NCBI GenBank assembly: GCA_964016885.1
Contig: OZ024742.1
Coordinates: 50,096,001-50,160,000 of the forward strand
Source of the DNA: Eledone cirrhosa
Taxonomy: Eukaryota
DNA: 64,000 nt
Direction: 5' to 3'
Shown here: positions 41,308 through 55,412 of the stretch, in pieces
How the letters are laid out: every line of letters starts with the position of its first letter
How positions within the stretch are numbered: the first letter of the stretch is position 1
Notes under the pieces: generated by a model
What the model was told of the DNA's origin: nothing
Databases searched by the model: none
Seen by the model: only the letters and a program-made list of their open reading frames with translations
Position numbers and translations under genes: made by a program

Positions 41308-42069
41308 GTGTGTCTGTGTTTGTGTGTGCGTTTGCTTGAGTGTGTGCATGTATGCATGCATGTATGCATGCATATATGGCTATCTGTTCGACTGTTATAC
41401 ATGGTGCATTGAAAATACATCTGCGCTTCAGTTTAATCTTTGGTATCGAGGTTTCTTCACATGATAATACACTGGTGTTTTGGGAGCTAGATAATTCCTA
41501 CAACAGACTTCAAAGTTTCTAGACCCTCGTAGTTTCCCCTCCACGAAAAACGAATTTGGCGTATATTGTAAGAACCAAAGCTGAATCAAGTTAGTTAGTA
41601 TTGGCATTACCATCAGAATTCAAATAACTGAGCATTAAATTTCTGCCTCATCATTCAAGGATATATTTCTCTTTATGAGGTTTATTTGTTGAGTGGTTAT
41701 TTGAATATTGTGATGTTCTATGAGTGTTGTTTTCGTTGTTAGTACTCTGTTTACGAGTAGAAGTCTATACAATACAGGATAAGCTGCCCACTACCGTTTC
41801 CCTATTTAGTTATGTTTTGTGTCGTGTGCTGCATTACAATTGCTCCTCGAAAAAGATCAATATAGAAGAAAACAAAGCGGATAAGACTACTGAATATTCA
41901 ATAGCCTTTGTTGATTATAGAGAAACAATTTGCACATGTTGTGTTACGGTATATAATGTTGACCTGGAACATAAGATATGAGTTGCCTTCATTATGATTC
42001 TCATTGTTTTATTGGATCATAGATAAATAGTTTTGATATTATGTGTAAAAATAATGATTTTGTGGAGAG

Positions 42070-42220
42070 GCGAACATCGATTACAATGCCCTCACTGGTA
42101 CATAATCTGATCAACCCTGGAAGGTAAAAATGCGAAGTGTTCATCGGTAGGATTAGAAATCAGAACGTAAAATGCCATAACTAATTGCTGCAAAGCATTT
42201 TGTCTGACGTCTAACGATTT
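42070..42220 (-). mobile_element. Decayed SINE copy
   Basis: TCGATTACA..CACTGGTAC..TCAGAACGTAAA..GCATTTTGTCTGACGTCTAACGATT is the reverse complement of the SINE core. Confidence 0.6.
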
Positions 42221-42335
42221 TATGAGATTTGAATTCATATAAATTAACTGGGACATCAGATACAAAATAAATTGTCTTCGTTTTTTGAATTTTTTGTTAC
42301 GTTAATTTATCAAAAATTAGTATTTGAATTGAGAT

Positions 42336-44324
42336 GGGAGGAGGCCTTAAGTAATAACATACCGTTTGCAAATTCCAGCCGACTGATTCTACACATGCCT
42401 GTCTTGAAACCGTTTCCAACTCGGCTACGCATATCAATCCTGTTCATGAAAATAATCAACAAGAGATTTGACAGCATGCACCCTTGGGGGAGTCCGATTC
42501 CAACAATGAATGGTTTCGAACCATTTATCTGAAAACAAATACCCGATCATTCGTATAGAGACATCAACGCAACAAGAAACTAACGACTGATACTATAATT
42601 CAGCAGAACCTTCCAAAGCAGGTCATGTTGAAGGGAGTCATAGACATTTTCGTCATCCGAGGAGAAAACCACTGTTCTTCAGTTTAAATGTACTCGACAG
42701 TTTACCTACACCTCTACATAGACTTTACTAGGTGGCTTAACATGCCTCTATAATTAGAATCTTGGCTCTGGCTTTGAAAATTGGAATCACCACACCCGAT
42801 TACCATTGATTATGTGCCTTTTTAGATATGCAGACTAGAATACCTTGTCTGTTTAAGGTTTTTAACATCTTAGGCTGTATTCTATCCTCTACGGGGCATT
42901 GCCTCATTTGATCTCTTTATCTGCTCTTTTATGAATCAGAAACAATAAGGAAATCAATCCTAGAGCTCTTTCCCTGATTCCCTTTATACCATGTATAATT
43001 GTGTATGTCTCTGTACTGGAAGGTGTTTATATTACAGAGTGCATTTCTAGAACAGAAGTCTAATAAGGCCTCTCCATTCTTATTTAGATTAAGATGGGAG
43101 TTCTTTCCAATCAATCCTTTCCATCTCAACTGACCAGTGCTAATATGTGCATTGGAGTCTCACATTAGGATATGACTCAGTCTTAATCTAAATATGCAGT
43201 GACATCATCAATGAAGAATCTGTATTCGGACTCCTTGTTTGATTCATACACTTGCACCATGCACAGAGACCTACTTCCAGCCAATCTTCAAGAGGAAAAC
43301 CATCGCTCCTAATGGGATCCTGTCCATAATACATTCTGACAGCTGGACTCTTGTTATTATCCGCACTGCCATCTATGCGTTCATCTTTGGCGCCATACAT
43401 GAATAGTTGAGTTTCAATCCTCCAACAAAATTGACATTGCCAGAGTCAAGGAACCTTTTGTGGAAGCCCTGACTATACACAGCCGGTAGCATCTAGCCTC
43501 CTCCACAAGTTCCTGCTCCTCACCTGTAAGGGTTGTGAGGTTTCAGGTTCTAATTGTCAAGGTTTTCTCCCTTCCGAACACTCTTTGTTGTCTCACGATA
43601 CGCAATCAGATGATGCTCTCCGATTGCCCTTAAATGATTTTATTCTAAGTGCTGCGTGGCTGGAATAAAAATCAATGCTGGGAAAACTGGGGATTTTGTC
43701 TTCTCAAAGTAGCTTGTCTCCGTGCACTCTACATGTGAATTATGGTCCACTGAAGTAGGTGGAGAGGCTCAAGTATCTCACGGTCGTGTTCACAAATGAT
43801 GGAACGGAGGAGACTGAATTAAGTACAATAATTACAAGAGCTTCTGCAGTAATGCGCCAACTTCAGCATTTGGTAATCTGAAGACGGGAGATAGGTGTAA
43901 AAGTAAAATTCGCTAACTTCAATTCGGTATTCGTATTAACCCTTAACTATGGTCATGAATCTTGTGTAATGACCGAAAGAATACGATCGCAAATAAAAGC
44001 GGTCGAAATGGTTTCTTCCGAAGGGTTTTTGAAGTAACGTTTCCCATAAGAGTGTGTAGGTCGGTGATGAAAGATTCGCACCAGATACTTCGACGAATTG
44101 AGAAATCACATCTCCGATACTATGGGCATGTGGTTAGAATCACTGGAGAAATTCTACCGGCAAAACCAACCTACAGGACACCCTGTGGTAGACCCCTTGT
44201 AAGATGTGTGTATAACATCCATGTGCACGGCTGGTTCCAATTGGGGATCCTGTCGTATCTGTTGGAAACAATTATCGGTGTATTTGAGGACTCTACCCAC
44301 ACGTCACTCTCAGGAATATATGTG

Positions 44325-44356
<32 letters not shown>

Positions 44357-44405
44357 AAGAAGAAGAAGAAGAAGAAGAAGAAGAAGAAGAAGAAGAAGAA
44401 GAAGA
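42336..44405. mobile_element. RTE-type LINE with inverted 5' part (minus 42336-43600) and forward 3' part (43609-44326) ending in (AAG)n
   Basis: Minus: T*NLTTLTGEEQELV, YTWY..SRIDFLIVS, GLPQGC, LEFANG(=FADD)MLLLKASS. Plus: GIKINAGKT, KYL, TYGHES, LRYYGHVVR, GRP, then (AAG)n at 44327-44405. Confidence 0.8.
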
Positions 44406-46049
44406 ACAACAACAACAACAACAACAACAACCACAACAACAAGTGGAGGAACAGGAGAAAGGAGAGGAGCAGGAACATGAGGAGAGGAGCCAGGAGTGTT
44501 AGGCAACAACCTTATCTCTATAAATCCATATTGCTACAGAAACGACGAACTTTACCCAATGTGCCATAGTTAGAAAAATAATTTTAAAAGAGACGTTGGC
44601 AGGCTGATCTTGTGGGGGAAAGTAGTAATTGCTTGATCAATATAATTGTTGAAGTCCTGTAGTTCACAGCTTTTATATTTACAAAGAAAATTAATAAACA
44701 CTTTAGGCATTAAAAAGTTAATGACGCTTGATTGTGGTTTGATACAGACATGGTTTTGAATTTTAGTATTTTTCTGTATATTGTAATAATTGGATTAATA
44801 TGTTATCTAATTACGTGGTGATTTGTTACATACCTCTTTTGGAATCCATCTATTCATCTTTCCTATCGTTAGTACATATTTCGTATAATCCAATTTATGT
44901 TTAGACTGGGTATTCGTTTAAATACGACAGATGAATGCATCACTTCATCAAAAGCAAGAAAATAATAAAAGATTGTGTCACATATTATAGTTCTATATAA
45001 GTTCACCGGATGAACTTTGCTGGCTTTGGATTGAGATAGAATGACATGCAGAAAACATTAGAAGCTAAAAACAATCAATACGAAAACTCATACAAAAAAA
45101 TGATTATTTGTAGGTTGAAATCCTGAAGAGTAGTGAGACGATAATGATGTGCATAATAGATATATTAAGATAAACATTAGAGTGAGGGACGTTGAATAAA
45201 GCGAGTGATCTTTCTTTTTATTATACGTTACGAAGAAAACAAGATAAGTATTCATCTCTAAATCTGTAACACTTATTGCACATCATATAAGTAGTTTGTA
45301 AGGAACGTTGAAAGAAAATAGCCTGATATTTCGTATTTGATATTCTCAATCATGAATATTTCATATATTCCTTTAATGTCTTCAGTGAAGATGAAATAAA
45401 TATAAGAAATATGCTGGTTTCTTCCATTACTGTACGTTCGTAGTTTAAATGGTCTTTTGGGTTTTTTTTTTTTCGAAGTGTTTACTATACTTAAACATTC
45501 GATTGCAATGTTGCAACTTCATCTGCGTTACCAATTGTACTGTAGCAAGTTTGATATCAACATAAACTAATACAATGGAGTGTGTTGACTACATAATATC
45601 TTCTAATCATAAAATCCACATTTGAAGGCGTCCTTTCCAAGCAGTATAGAGATAATTAGTCCAGCTGAGAAATCTCACTTATTACAAAGTGATCTACTTA
45701 CATATATATCACTCCGTGGAAGTTCTTGTGAATTGTAAATTCCTTCAATTACTGACGGCAGCATACTGTCTTTAGTTTAATCATATGTTTAGTCCTGTAA
45801 TTCATTGTATTGTTGCCGCTGATATGCGGTGTTTTAGACATTCAGTAAACCTGGCGGAGCCCATCCCCTCTCCAGGTCTGAATACAACTGATTTCGTCCA
45901 AAGAGAGAGGGGGAGGGATAGAGTGAAAAAGAGAGAAAGGGAGGCAGAGAGAGAGAGGGAGAGGGAGAGAAAAAGCAAAGAGAGGTAGAGAGGGGGTAGT
46001 GTGAAAAAGAGACAGAGAAAGAATCCACCCAAGGACTTGATTGATATTT

Positions 46050-46385
46050 TATTTAGTTACCTAGGAAGCATCAAAAGCAAAGTTGACGTTACTGGGGTTT
46101 GACTTCAGAGTGCAGAGAGCCGGAAATAAATACAGCAAAGCATTCTATACGATGTTTAATGGCTCTGTCAATTAGCCGCACTCTGTAATATATTGGCGCT
46201 TTGTATAAACGAGTGCGTAGACCAGAACATATCTTCCAATCATAGAAGCTTCATTTGAAGACATTATTTCTTAATTGCCCGCCAATGTTAACTTTGCCTT
46301 TCACCCTTACGGGGTCGATAAAATAAATAGCAGTAATGCGTGGGTAATTTAGGCCTTGTGCCAAAAGTAGAAACAATTATTTCTT
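46050..46385. mobile_element. Two partial SINE copies in opposite orientation
   Basis: AAAAGCAAAGTTGAC..TTTGACTTCAGA (minus, about 46050-46160) and AACTTTGCCTTTCACCCTTACGGGGTCGATAAAATAA (plus, about 46275-46385). Confidence 0.6.
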
Positions 46386-47096
46386 AATGCAAAGCAGTTT
46401 TGATAAACAATATGACTACATGAAGGGTCTTAAGAATCATACATCCCCCGGTAACTCACGGCAATGGCAGACTGAAATGTTTGAAGGTTACATCTATTGG
46501 TCATGGGCATAGCAATACATTGATTTCTGTTATCAAGACTCAGATATTATATTTCCTCATTTAGGAAATAATGTGTTACATCATATCCAAAGTAGACAAT
46601 AAAACTAAAATATTTTTTGTAAAGAATGTTTCAAGCATTTTTCACCTAAGAACCGTTATACATTTTATGAAGTTCTTAATCTCCATACAAGACGGTATTA
46701 TATAGTCAATTTATTATTTCATAATTAAAAGTCCAATGCAATAAACCAACTCTTATTTCATCAGATCTCAGAATAGTTCAATAGTTTACTTATATATATT
46801 GATTTTGTTTAGTCAATCTCTGTTTTCATTTCGTTAAGTCAACATCGGTTTTCGTTTCGTGAAGGCAATCTTTGTTATGTTTACATTTACTTCAACTATA
46901 TTTTGGATTTAATAGTTTTGACTTATTTACCAAGACCAGTAGACGGTCTTAGAAATACAGAAAATATAGAAATACATAAAAATGCTGCTATTGACGTCAT
47001 CGGCGACATAACCATATACATTTCAATAGCAGCTGCTTGGTATGATATATTGTGTCTGGAAATTTCATCAGGTAGAGCACCACGAAGATATTCGAT

Positions 47097-47103
47097 GTAG
47101 TAA

Positions 47104-47180
<77 letters not shown>

Positions 47181-47240
47181 GTAGTAATGTTGGTGGTGGT
47201 GGTGGTGGTGGTGGTCATGGTGATGATGTAGTTGGTGGTG
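47097..47240. repeat. (TAG)n then (GGT)n microsatellite
   Basis: Direct. Confidence 0.95.
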
Positions 47241-47544
47241 GAATTTTCCCCCACAACCCCCAGCAACCATGTTTAGGCACAAATGATTTTTACTTTCGAT
47301 GTTGTGTATATGTTAAATGTGATTTGACAAACTTAGCTGCTATTTCTAATGGCTCATGGTTTCCTTGTTCAAAGGTATTTGCTACTTAGCGAAGATAAGA
47401 ATGTATATATCATTACATAGGATCATAATATTCAAATATATATATATATATATATTAATAATAATAATAATAATATATATATATATTTTTTTTTTTTGGG
47501 GGGGGGGGGTTACCTATTTGTTTGTTTGTTTATTTATCTTCGTC

Positions 47545-50500
47545 TACAGAGTGATAGTGCCGCACTAAAAGCACCGGGGGTGATGAAATCACGTGTGGTT
47601 ATGTAACCATACATTCACCAATCCTCGATAAGAGTGTTTAAATGTCGAACCTAAACAGTTCGAATAACGGTGTGGTGGAGACTGGAATGTCATGTGACAG
47701 ACTCTCACCCAGCAGGTGCTCCTTGGCTCAGCAGCAGGGACCTGGATGTCAACCAAATACTGCTGGTGTCGGAGGAAGTAGAAGAAGGAAAGAGATCAGA
47801 ACCAACTGGACGAAAGAATTGAATAGAACTGTTATGCAATATTACCTGAAGAGTAACCCCAAGGAGAAAGGCTATAGGAAACGGATGCATAACATCTGGA
47901 ACGAGATTGGTCTATTTAAATTAGATGAACAAAAATTGGCCTGGCAGGCTCGGTTAATAAGAACTAATGGGTGGATAAGCGAGCTGGAACTGGAGGAACT
48001 GAGCAGAGAGATTAGGTTGGAAATGGAGAGTGGAGTATGCCAGGCAAACGAGCTAGTGGGAAATGAAGGTGAAGAAGTTGAGAGAACGGAGGAACCATCC
48101 GAAGCAGACAATGATCTGAATGCTGAAATAAATAATACCTGGAACAAAGATACGGCCATTGAGGAGATGAATGCTGACGGGCTAGGACAAGATTTGGTTA
48201 ATATCCTAAACTTAGTGGTAGATGAATTGAACAATGATAGTGGGAAACCTATGAACCTAAGATTTGTAGACAGGAAAAAGTTAAAAGAAACAACACCTAA
48301 GGAAAACAAAGTCATCCAATACCTTGAGGCGAGGGGCCTTCACCAGTGCAACAATATCCTCAAAGCAACAGCAAATGCGGTGAGGAAATTACTTGGCATA
48401 AAAGCGAGAGGAAACAACAAACAAGAAAGATCAGAAACTTGGTGGAAGAAACGACTGAATGGTCAATCAGGGAAATGAGAAATGGCATTGGAAAGCTTGA
48501 GTCCCTACTGAATGGGAAACTAAAAAACATAGACACTAAAAATAGACTGGAAATAAAGTACAAAACTAGGAGGAAAAAGCTAAATATTACTATAGAGGAA
48601 CTGAAGCAACGCATTGTAGCAAAGAGTGCAAACATTAGGCGATACGAGAGCAGAGTCAGTCAGTATAGACAGAACCGCATGTTTGACAACAACCAGAAGA
48701 TGCTGTTTGGGCAGCTTGAAGGGAAAGAAAGAGGCAACGATTTGATCCCTGAGACGGAACAAACAAAGACATTCTGGAAAGAAATATGGGAGCAGGATGT
48801 TAAACATAATGATCAGGCAGTGTGGATTGAGACAATACAAAAGGAGATTAGTAAACAGGCCCACCAACAAACTGATTTGAGTATCACAGTTGAAACTCGT
48901 AAGGGGCAGACCAAATAACTAACCAACTGGAAATCACCAGGCCCAGATGGTGTGCAGGGGTGTTGGATTAAAAATATAACATCCCTCCATCCGAAGCTGA
49001 CAGCCTTGTTCAATGACTGCTTGATGTCAGGTGAGGTACCAGAGTGGTTGACAAAAGGTACCACAGTTCTGGTAATGAAAGACCGAATCAAGAGTAATGA
49101 TAGACCTATCACATGTCTGTCCGTAATGTGGAAACTATTGACAAGCATTATGTCTGAGGAAATCTACCATCACCTCCACACAAACAACTTGTTACCGGAC
49201 GAACAGAAAGGATGCCGAAAGAAGTCCCGTGGTACAAATGACCAGTTACTTATTGATAAGATGGTAATGAGGAATTGCAAGAGGAGACACACTGGTCTTG
49301 CCATGGGATGGATAGACTACAAAAAGGCATATGACATGGTGCCTCATTCTTGGATCACCAAAAGCATAGAGATCTTCAAGGTGGCGGTAACATCAGACAG
49401 TTGTTGGGCAAAAGTATGAAGTCCTGGAAAACAGAGTTAACATCAGCTGGAGAATCCTTGGAAGGCGTGAAGATCGAGAGAGGTATCTTACAGGGAGATA
49501 GTCTGTCCCCTCTGTTGTTTTTCCTTGACCTGATGCCCCTGAACATTATATTGCGAACAGTGAGAGCAGTATACAAATTGGGAAAGGGAGAGCTTACCAT
49601 CAATCACCTCCTCTTCATGTACGATCTTAAGCTCTTCGGGAAGTGTGACAAGGAGTTGCATGTGCTCGTTGACACTGTCCGTATTTTTAGCAATGATATA
49701 TGTATGCAATTTTGTATTAGTAAGTGTGGAGTCCTTGTGATGAAGAGGGGGTAAATTGAGCTGAAGCAACGGAATCCAGGTACCAACGGGTGAGATGATA
49801 AAGGAAATTGACACTGGAGAATAATACAAGTATTTGGGTGTTCTGGAGGCTGATGACATCAAGAACAATAAAATGAAGGAATTGATAAGATCTGTATACA
49901 TTCGGAGAGTAAGGGGCGTATTGAAGTCACATCTGAACAGTAGGAATGCCATAAGTGCAGTAAATTCCCGAGTGTGTCTATTATTAGGTACAGTGCGGGA
50001 ATCCTGAGATGGAATGATGCTGGACAAAAAGAAATGGATAGGAAGACTAGGAAGCTATTGACTATCTACAACATGTTCCACAAGAGGAGTGATGTCCATA
50101 GACTCTACTTAAGGAGATCTGAAGGTGGAAGAGGTCTTATCAGCATAGAGGCCTGTGTTCAGATGGAGAAAACCACCTACACAAATACGTGACTGATAGA
50201 AAGGAGCCAATGCTCAGAATTGTATTGAAGGAGAGGACAATAGACCAGGGGATGTCCCAGGAGGAAATAACAACAAGGAGAAAGAGCATCCTTCATGAAA
50301 AATTCCTTCATATTACCTTCTTTGAGAAAAATGAATTCACAGATCCACAGACATGGAACTGGTTGAAAAGAGGATACCTTAAAAGGCTACAGAAGGAATG
50401 CTAATGCCTGCGCAAGAGCAGGCCCTCAAAACTAAGTGGTTGAAACACCATATTTACAAGGAGGAGGCTAGCCCACTGTATAGGATCTGTGGAGAGAGAG

Positions 50501-51143
50501 AGGAGACTGTGGCTCACGTTGTATCCGAGTGTAAACACGTAGCCCAGACTCACTATAATGGTTGGAGACATGATGTGATGGGCAGGGTGATCCACTGGCA
50601 CCTATTGAAAGTAAACAATTTACCACATTCTGAGAAGTGGTATGAGCATAAGCCAGAGTCGGTGATAGAAAACGATCAGGTGAAGGTGCTGTGGGATTTT
50701 AGGATACAGATGGACAAGAAACTGGAACACAATAGACCTGAGTTGGTTGTTTCGGACAAGGAAAAAAGATCGTGCTTGATTGTGGATGTAGCCTGCCCAT
50801 TCGACACAAGAGTGCAAGAGAAGGAGAGGGAGAAAATTAACCGACTTAAAGTTGGAGGTAAATAGGATTTGGAACTGCCATGAATTCAAAGTGGTGCCAA
50901 TTGTCATAGGCGCACTAGGTACTAGCTCAAAGAGTTTCCAAGGATGGTTAAAGAAAATTTGTCCCGCCCCGCCTTTTGGAACACTTCAAAAGGCTTGCTT
51001 GCCGTGAACAGCAAGAACCCCCCGATATGTCCTGAATATCTGAGGCTACAGGTAGTGGCTTGATATTCATTTCAACAAACTTTCAAGTTAAATAACATCA
51101 ATGACTGAGACTCAAAGAACAATAATAATAGTAATAATAATAA
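47545..51143 (+). mobile_element. Near full-length R4/Dong-type RLE LINE with a frameshifted single ORF
   Basis: ATG 47642; W..E.N..M..Y..S.P..GYRKRM..W; WWKKRL; WKSPGPD; RPITCL; EQKGC; WIDYKKAYDMVPHSW; GILQGDSLSP; HLLFMYDLKLF; zinc knuckle RICG..EETVAHVVSEC..RHD; RLE PELVV..IVDVACP; (AAT)n tail about 51120-51143; (TAA)n upstream at about 47456-47474. Confidence 0.92.
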
Positions 51144-51209
51144 ATATGAAGACAAAAATCCATATATATACATAAATATACATACACACACACGTTTATA
51201 TATATATAT

Positions 51210-52921
51210 AACGAAGGAATTGTGGTAAGGAACCATATGGACCATAACGCACCAAATTACTAAATACTTAGGATAGTAGAGTGGGTAATAGAAACAAGTA
51301 TGACCCAGACGGCAGAGCTCAAGCCGTTTCGACGGCTATTTCTGGACTAAATAAGTATTTTTGCCCTGGTAAATAAATAGCCAAACTTCTCAGGGGGTAT
51401 TTCCTTATTTGGGAAGATAGCAATTATCAAGAGGATTGGTCAAATGTTTGTTGTAAAGACAGATGAATGTATCATGGCATTTGCTTGGAGGTAGGGATGG
51501 CTGAAATTGCCGGTAGAACAAAGAGGGAGTGGGGCAAACCCACAGTCAAGCGTTGAAAGTGAAATTTATACAGCAGATTCTAAGAAGAGTGTATAAAAGG
51601 TCGACAAAATGTGCTGAAGAATATAACCTACAATCTCACTTGGAGCTTACTCTCCAGAGCTAACTCTTACACGGGAGGACGTCGTCCGTGTAACTTATGC
51701 TCGGAGGAAACATTACAAATGTTGTTTTCGAAGGACCAACTCCTAAACAAGAAAGACGAACTGGTAACCGCATGCAAACACAGATTTCGTAGGACTTACC
51801 TCGCCCTCAAACCCCATAATGACCCGGGGGTGGGGGGGTAGACAAGGGCTGATACCCCCACTTGTCGATTTTGTAAGAGGTAACCCCTGCTTACAAAGGT
51901 AGACGTAAGTTTTTATCTTTTCCTCTATGTTTCCTTCTTCCCCTATCTCTTCCTAGTCCTTCCACCCAGATCTCCTTCCTCGTCTTTTTGTCAACTTTGG
52001 CCTACCCGATGCAGGCCTTCGGTTCTCTGTAGCCTCATTACCCCCTCCTCCCTAATCTTAAGATAGAATTGGCCGATTACGCTTTTTATAGCAGATGTGT
52101 TAGACCCCAGTAATTTTTTTTATCTGGTTGCTGCTCCATTTCTGTGGTTTCTAAATTGCTTAGTGGTATTTTTGTATTAGTATTTCTGTATTAGAATTTT
52201 TGTATTAGTATTTTTGTATTAGTATTCTTGTATTACTATTTTGTATTAGTATTTTTGTAGTAGTATTTTAATATTTTTGTTCTCAACTTATTAACTTGTC
52301 TTTGTAAGGTAGCATTGGTGAGTACTAAATATCTATAGGAGTGGTGTTAGACCCCCTGTAAAGCCGGCTTTACAGGGGGTCTAAATTTCTTTCACTACTA
52401 TCTCGTATTTAGTATTGTTCCCATTCTCCACCTATTAAACATTTTCTATAGCTTAGCAATACCAATGAGAAATTTGGTGATTGTGGAAATGGCTTAGTAA
52501 CCAGATATTGTTTTTTATATATTTATTTCCTTATTTTTATAATGGTTTTTTTACTCCCTTTCGATTTACGTATTCTTTCACGCCCCTCCTCTTCCCCAGT
52601 ACACTTTCTCGAATTTTTATACACTCTCCTTAGAATCTGCTGTATAGATTTCACTTTCAACGCTTGACTGGGTTTCCCCCACTCCCTCTTTGTTCTACCG
52701 GCAAGTTCAGCCACCCCTACCTACCACCAAATGCCATGATACATTCATCTGCCTTTACAACAAACTCTTGACCAATCCTCTCGACAATTACTATCTTCCC
52801 AAATAAGGAAATACCCCTGAGATGTTCGTCTTTTTATTTACAGGCTAAACATTCTTATTTAGTCCAGAAATAGCCGTCGAAACTGCCTGAGCTCTGCCGT
52901 CTGGGTCATACTTGTTCCTAT
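51210..52921. mobile_element. Fold-back Naiad-like PLE retaining only the GIY-YIG tail
   Basis: Family termini; inverted arms about 51290-51600 vs 52617-52920; ITYNLTWSLLSRANSYTGGRRPCNLCSEE..CKHR at 51611-51841 (+) is nearly identical to the tail of the 18854 ORF. Confidence 0.85.
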
Positions 52922-53290
52922 ATATATATATGGTGGGTGTGTGTATATGTGTACTTCATGTTTTGGTTGACTTACGTCTCCAAACATTTGTGTATTTACA
53001 TGTAGGTGTGTGTGTGTGCTTGTTATATACGTATTTATTTATTTATATACGTTTATTTAATTATTTATTTATTTGTATACACGCACATACACACACACAT
53101 ATTTATATGTGCGTGGTTTTGTATACCTATGGCAAGTGTTTTGCGTATGCTTGTGTATGTACGTATTTGCAAGCGTGTATGCATTTATTTAATTTCTATT
53201 ACCTCTGTATTGTATTTATTTACTTTATTCTTAACTCTGAAGCGGAGATTCATTCAGTTTCCTAGTTAGAATTTAGTCTACAACTGCAGC

Positions 53291-53543
53291 TATACCATTT
53301 ACGTGGTTTTGTCTTTGCTTGCAATTGTTCTCCACGCTCCATATATGACGTATAATCTTCGTTTTTTCCGTTCATTGCAAGAGAACGTCTCTATGAACCA
53401 CCTAAGAGAACATTAGTCTACGACTTCTTTTATACCATAAACGTGGTTCTGTCTTTGCGCGTAATTGTTTTTCACCGCTCCTATTAATGACGTATTATAT
53501 TCGTTTTTTCCCGTTCTTTGCCAGGGAACGTTTCTATGAACCA
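53291..53543 (+). repeat. Diverged direct repeat, units of about 110 bp spaced 140 bp apart
   Basis: TATACCAT..ACGTGGTT.TGTCTTTGC..ATGACGTAT..TTCGTTTTTTCC..GAACGT.TCTATGAACCA at 53291-53400 and 53431-53543. Confidence 0.75.
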
Positions 53544-53784
53544 AAGTATCGTCTTCCTGTCTTCCTCCAGTTGCAAAGTTTTTTGAAATATCCTCTTCTG
53601 CGTTTACAGATTGACTTTGTTAGTTTCATAAGATCCCGTTAAGGGTGAAAGCAGCGATTATTTGCTTTAACTTTAATCTGTTATTTTAATAAATATTTGC
53701 TCTACAGTTCTTATATATTCGATATATATTTATCCTTATCGAGCCCTCTTTGGATTTTAGTCTTCAAATTTATTATTATTATTG

Positions 53785-53828
<44 letters not shown>

Positions 53829-55315
53829 GAGCAGTAGCATTAACACCGCGTGATAGAGTGGAGAAACGATAATGAACGCATCAAAACCTATGTTTATATG
53901 TAAGAAATATAAATAATTATCAATATGAGCAGTTTAAACTGCGATCATACAACGCCTACAGCAGTATCTCTAATATACGTATTTTAATGTTCTTACCATT
54001 CATCAATAATGCTTACTTATTAGCGTATACTATAATACGTTATAATCTTCCACACCTCACTATTTATCTTGTATACATTATTAGATATACAGATTTTCTC
54101 ACCGTCATATTTGTCTTTTATTTCTTTGTTTCAGATAAAATGCTTTTGTTTCATTACTTACTGACAATTTCAAAAACATTTAGATGTGTATTCAAGAATG
54201 AAATTATTATTAGAGTGCCTTTTTAATTTCTGAAAATTGAAAATGTTTTATTCAATTTTGTCTATATATTACAAGTGCAAACATAATATATTTATACTCT
54301 CATATAATAGAACTTAAGTAATTTACCAACCCTCTTTCTGATACTAAAAACAGAATCAAAGTCTTGATTATGTAAATTATTTGCAATTTTATACTATATT
54401 AGCCATCAAAATCACGATCTCATCTATAGATGTCAATACAACATTCAGTATCACTTTTTATTAAAACATTTCAGATTCTATGCAGTCCATTTATTAATTT
54501 ATTTCGTCAATTATTTCTTATTGAGACAAACGATTTTCAATTAGGCTGATTCCCAAATAACAATATTTCCAATATATCGAATACCATTTGTAAACATTTT
54601 ATATCAGCAAGTATTTGCAATCTTGCCACTTGAAAATCTCAATTAAATTTTCGGAAAACGTAATATGCCTTTAACTTTAGTTCAAATCTTCCCCGAGAAA
54701 CACATGCACAGACTCAGAGATACACACACAGACACGTAGCAAATCAAACACGCATATAGTCTTTCATATACATAGATTTTGTCGTTCATTTCAAATATAA
54801 TATTTTCAATATAGTTTCAAAATGTTGTCGTTGTTAGATCTCCGTCGGTTCCACCGACGATTGTTCAAGTTATTTGATTAAGAGAATAACTGATCTCATG
54901 CAAGTGACCGAGGATTTCATTGACACGTGTGGCCATGATATGATTTTCATGGAGATTCAGTGTGAATAACAGGTTCTCGTTTTCCCAGTTTAGTGGACTA
55001 AAAAAGACGTAAAATAAACATGAATTAACAATAAATATCCAAAAACCATAATTACACATCGCGCCTTCACGTTGACGAAATATACTACCACAAACTAACA
55101 GAATGTGTAACCATCTATCAAATTCAGGTTTACCACGATCTTTCGCCTCGTTTTAAACTGCTCACCATAGCATTTACAATATTTTAGTAAGAGTGAAATA
55201 TGGTGAATGACCCTTAAGGCATGAAGGAGTCGTAGGGATATCATCGGTATATTAAAGCCAGCAATGCCCTCGCCTCCATGTTCATGTAGGAAAACAGCCG
55301 CTTTCATCAAGAAAG

Positions 55316-55325
55316 AGCGAGCGAG

Positions 55326-55408
<83 letters not shown>
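55316..55408. repeat. (GA)n microsatellite
   Basis: Direct. Confidence 0.95.

Positions 55409-55412
<4 letters not shown>

Noticed and set aside
43962-44509. Poly-Arg, poly-Leu and poly-Phe ORFs
   Set aside because: Read-through of the RTE 3' end into its (AAG)n/(AAC)n tail
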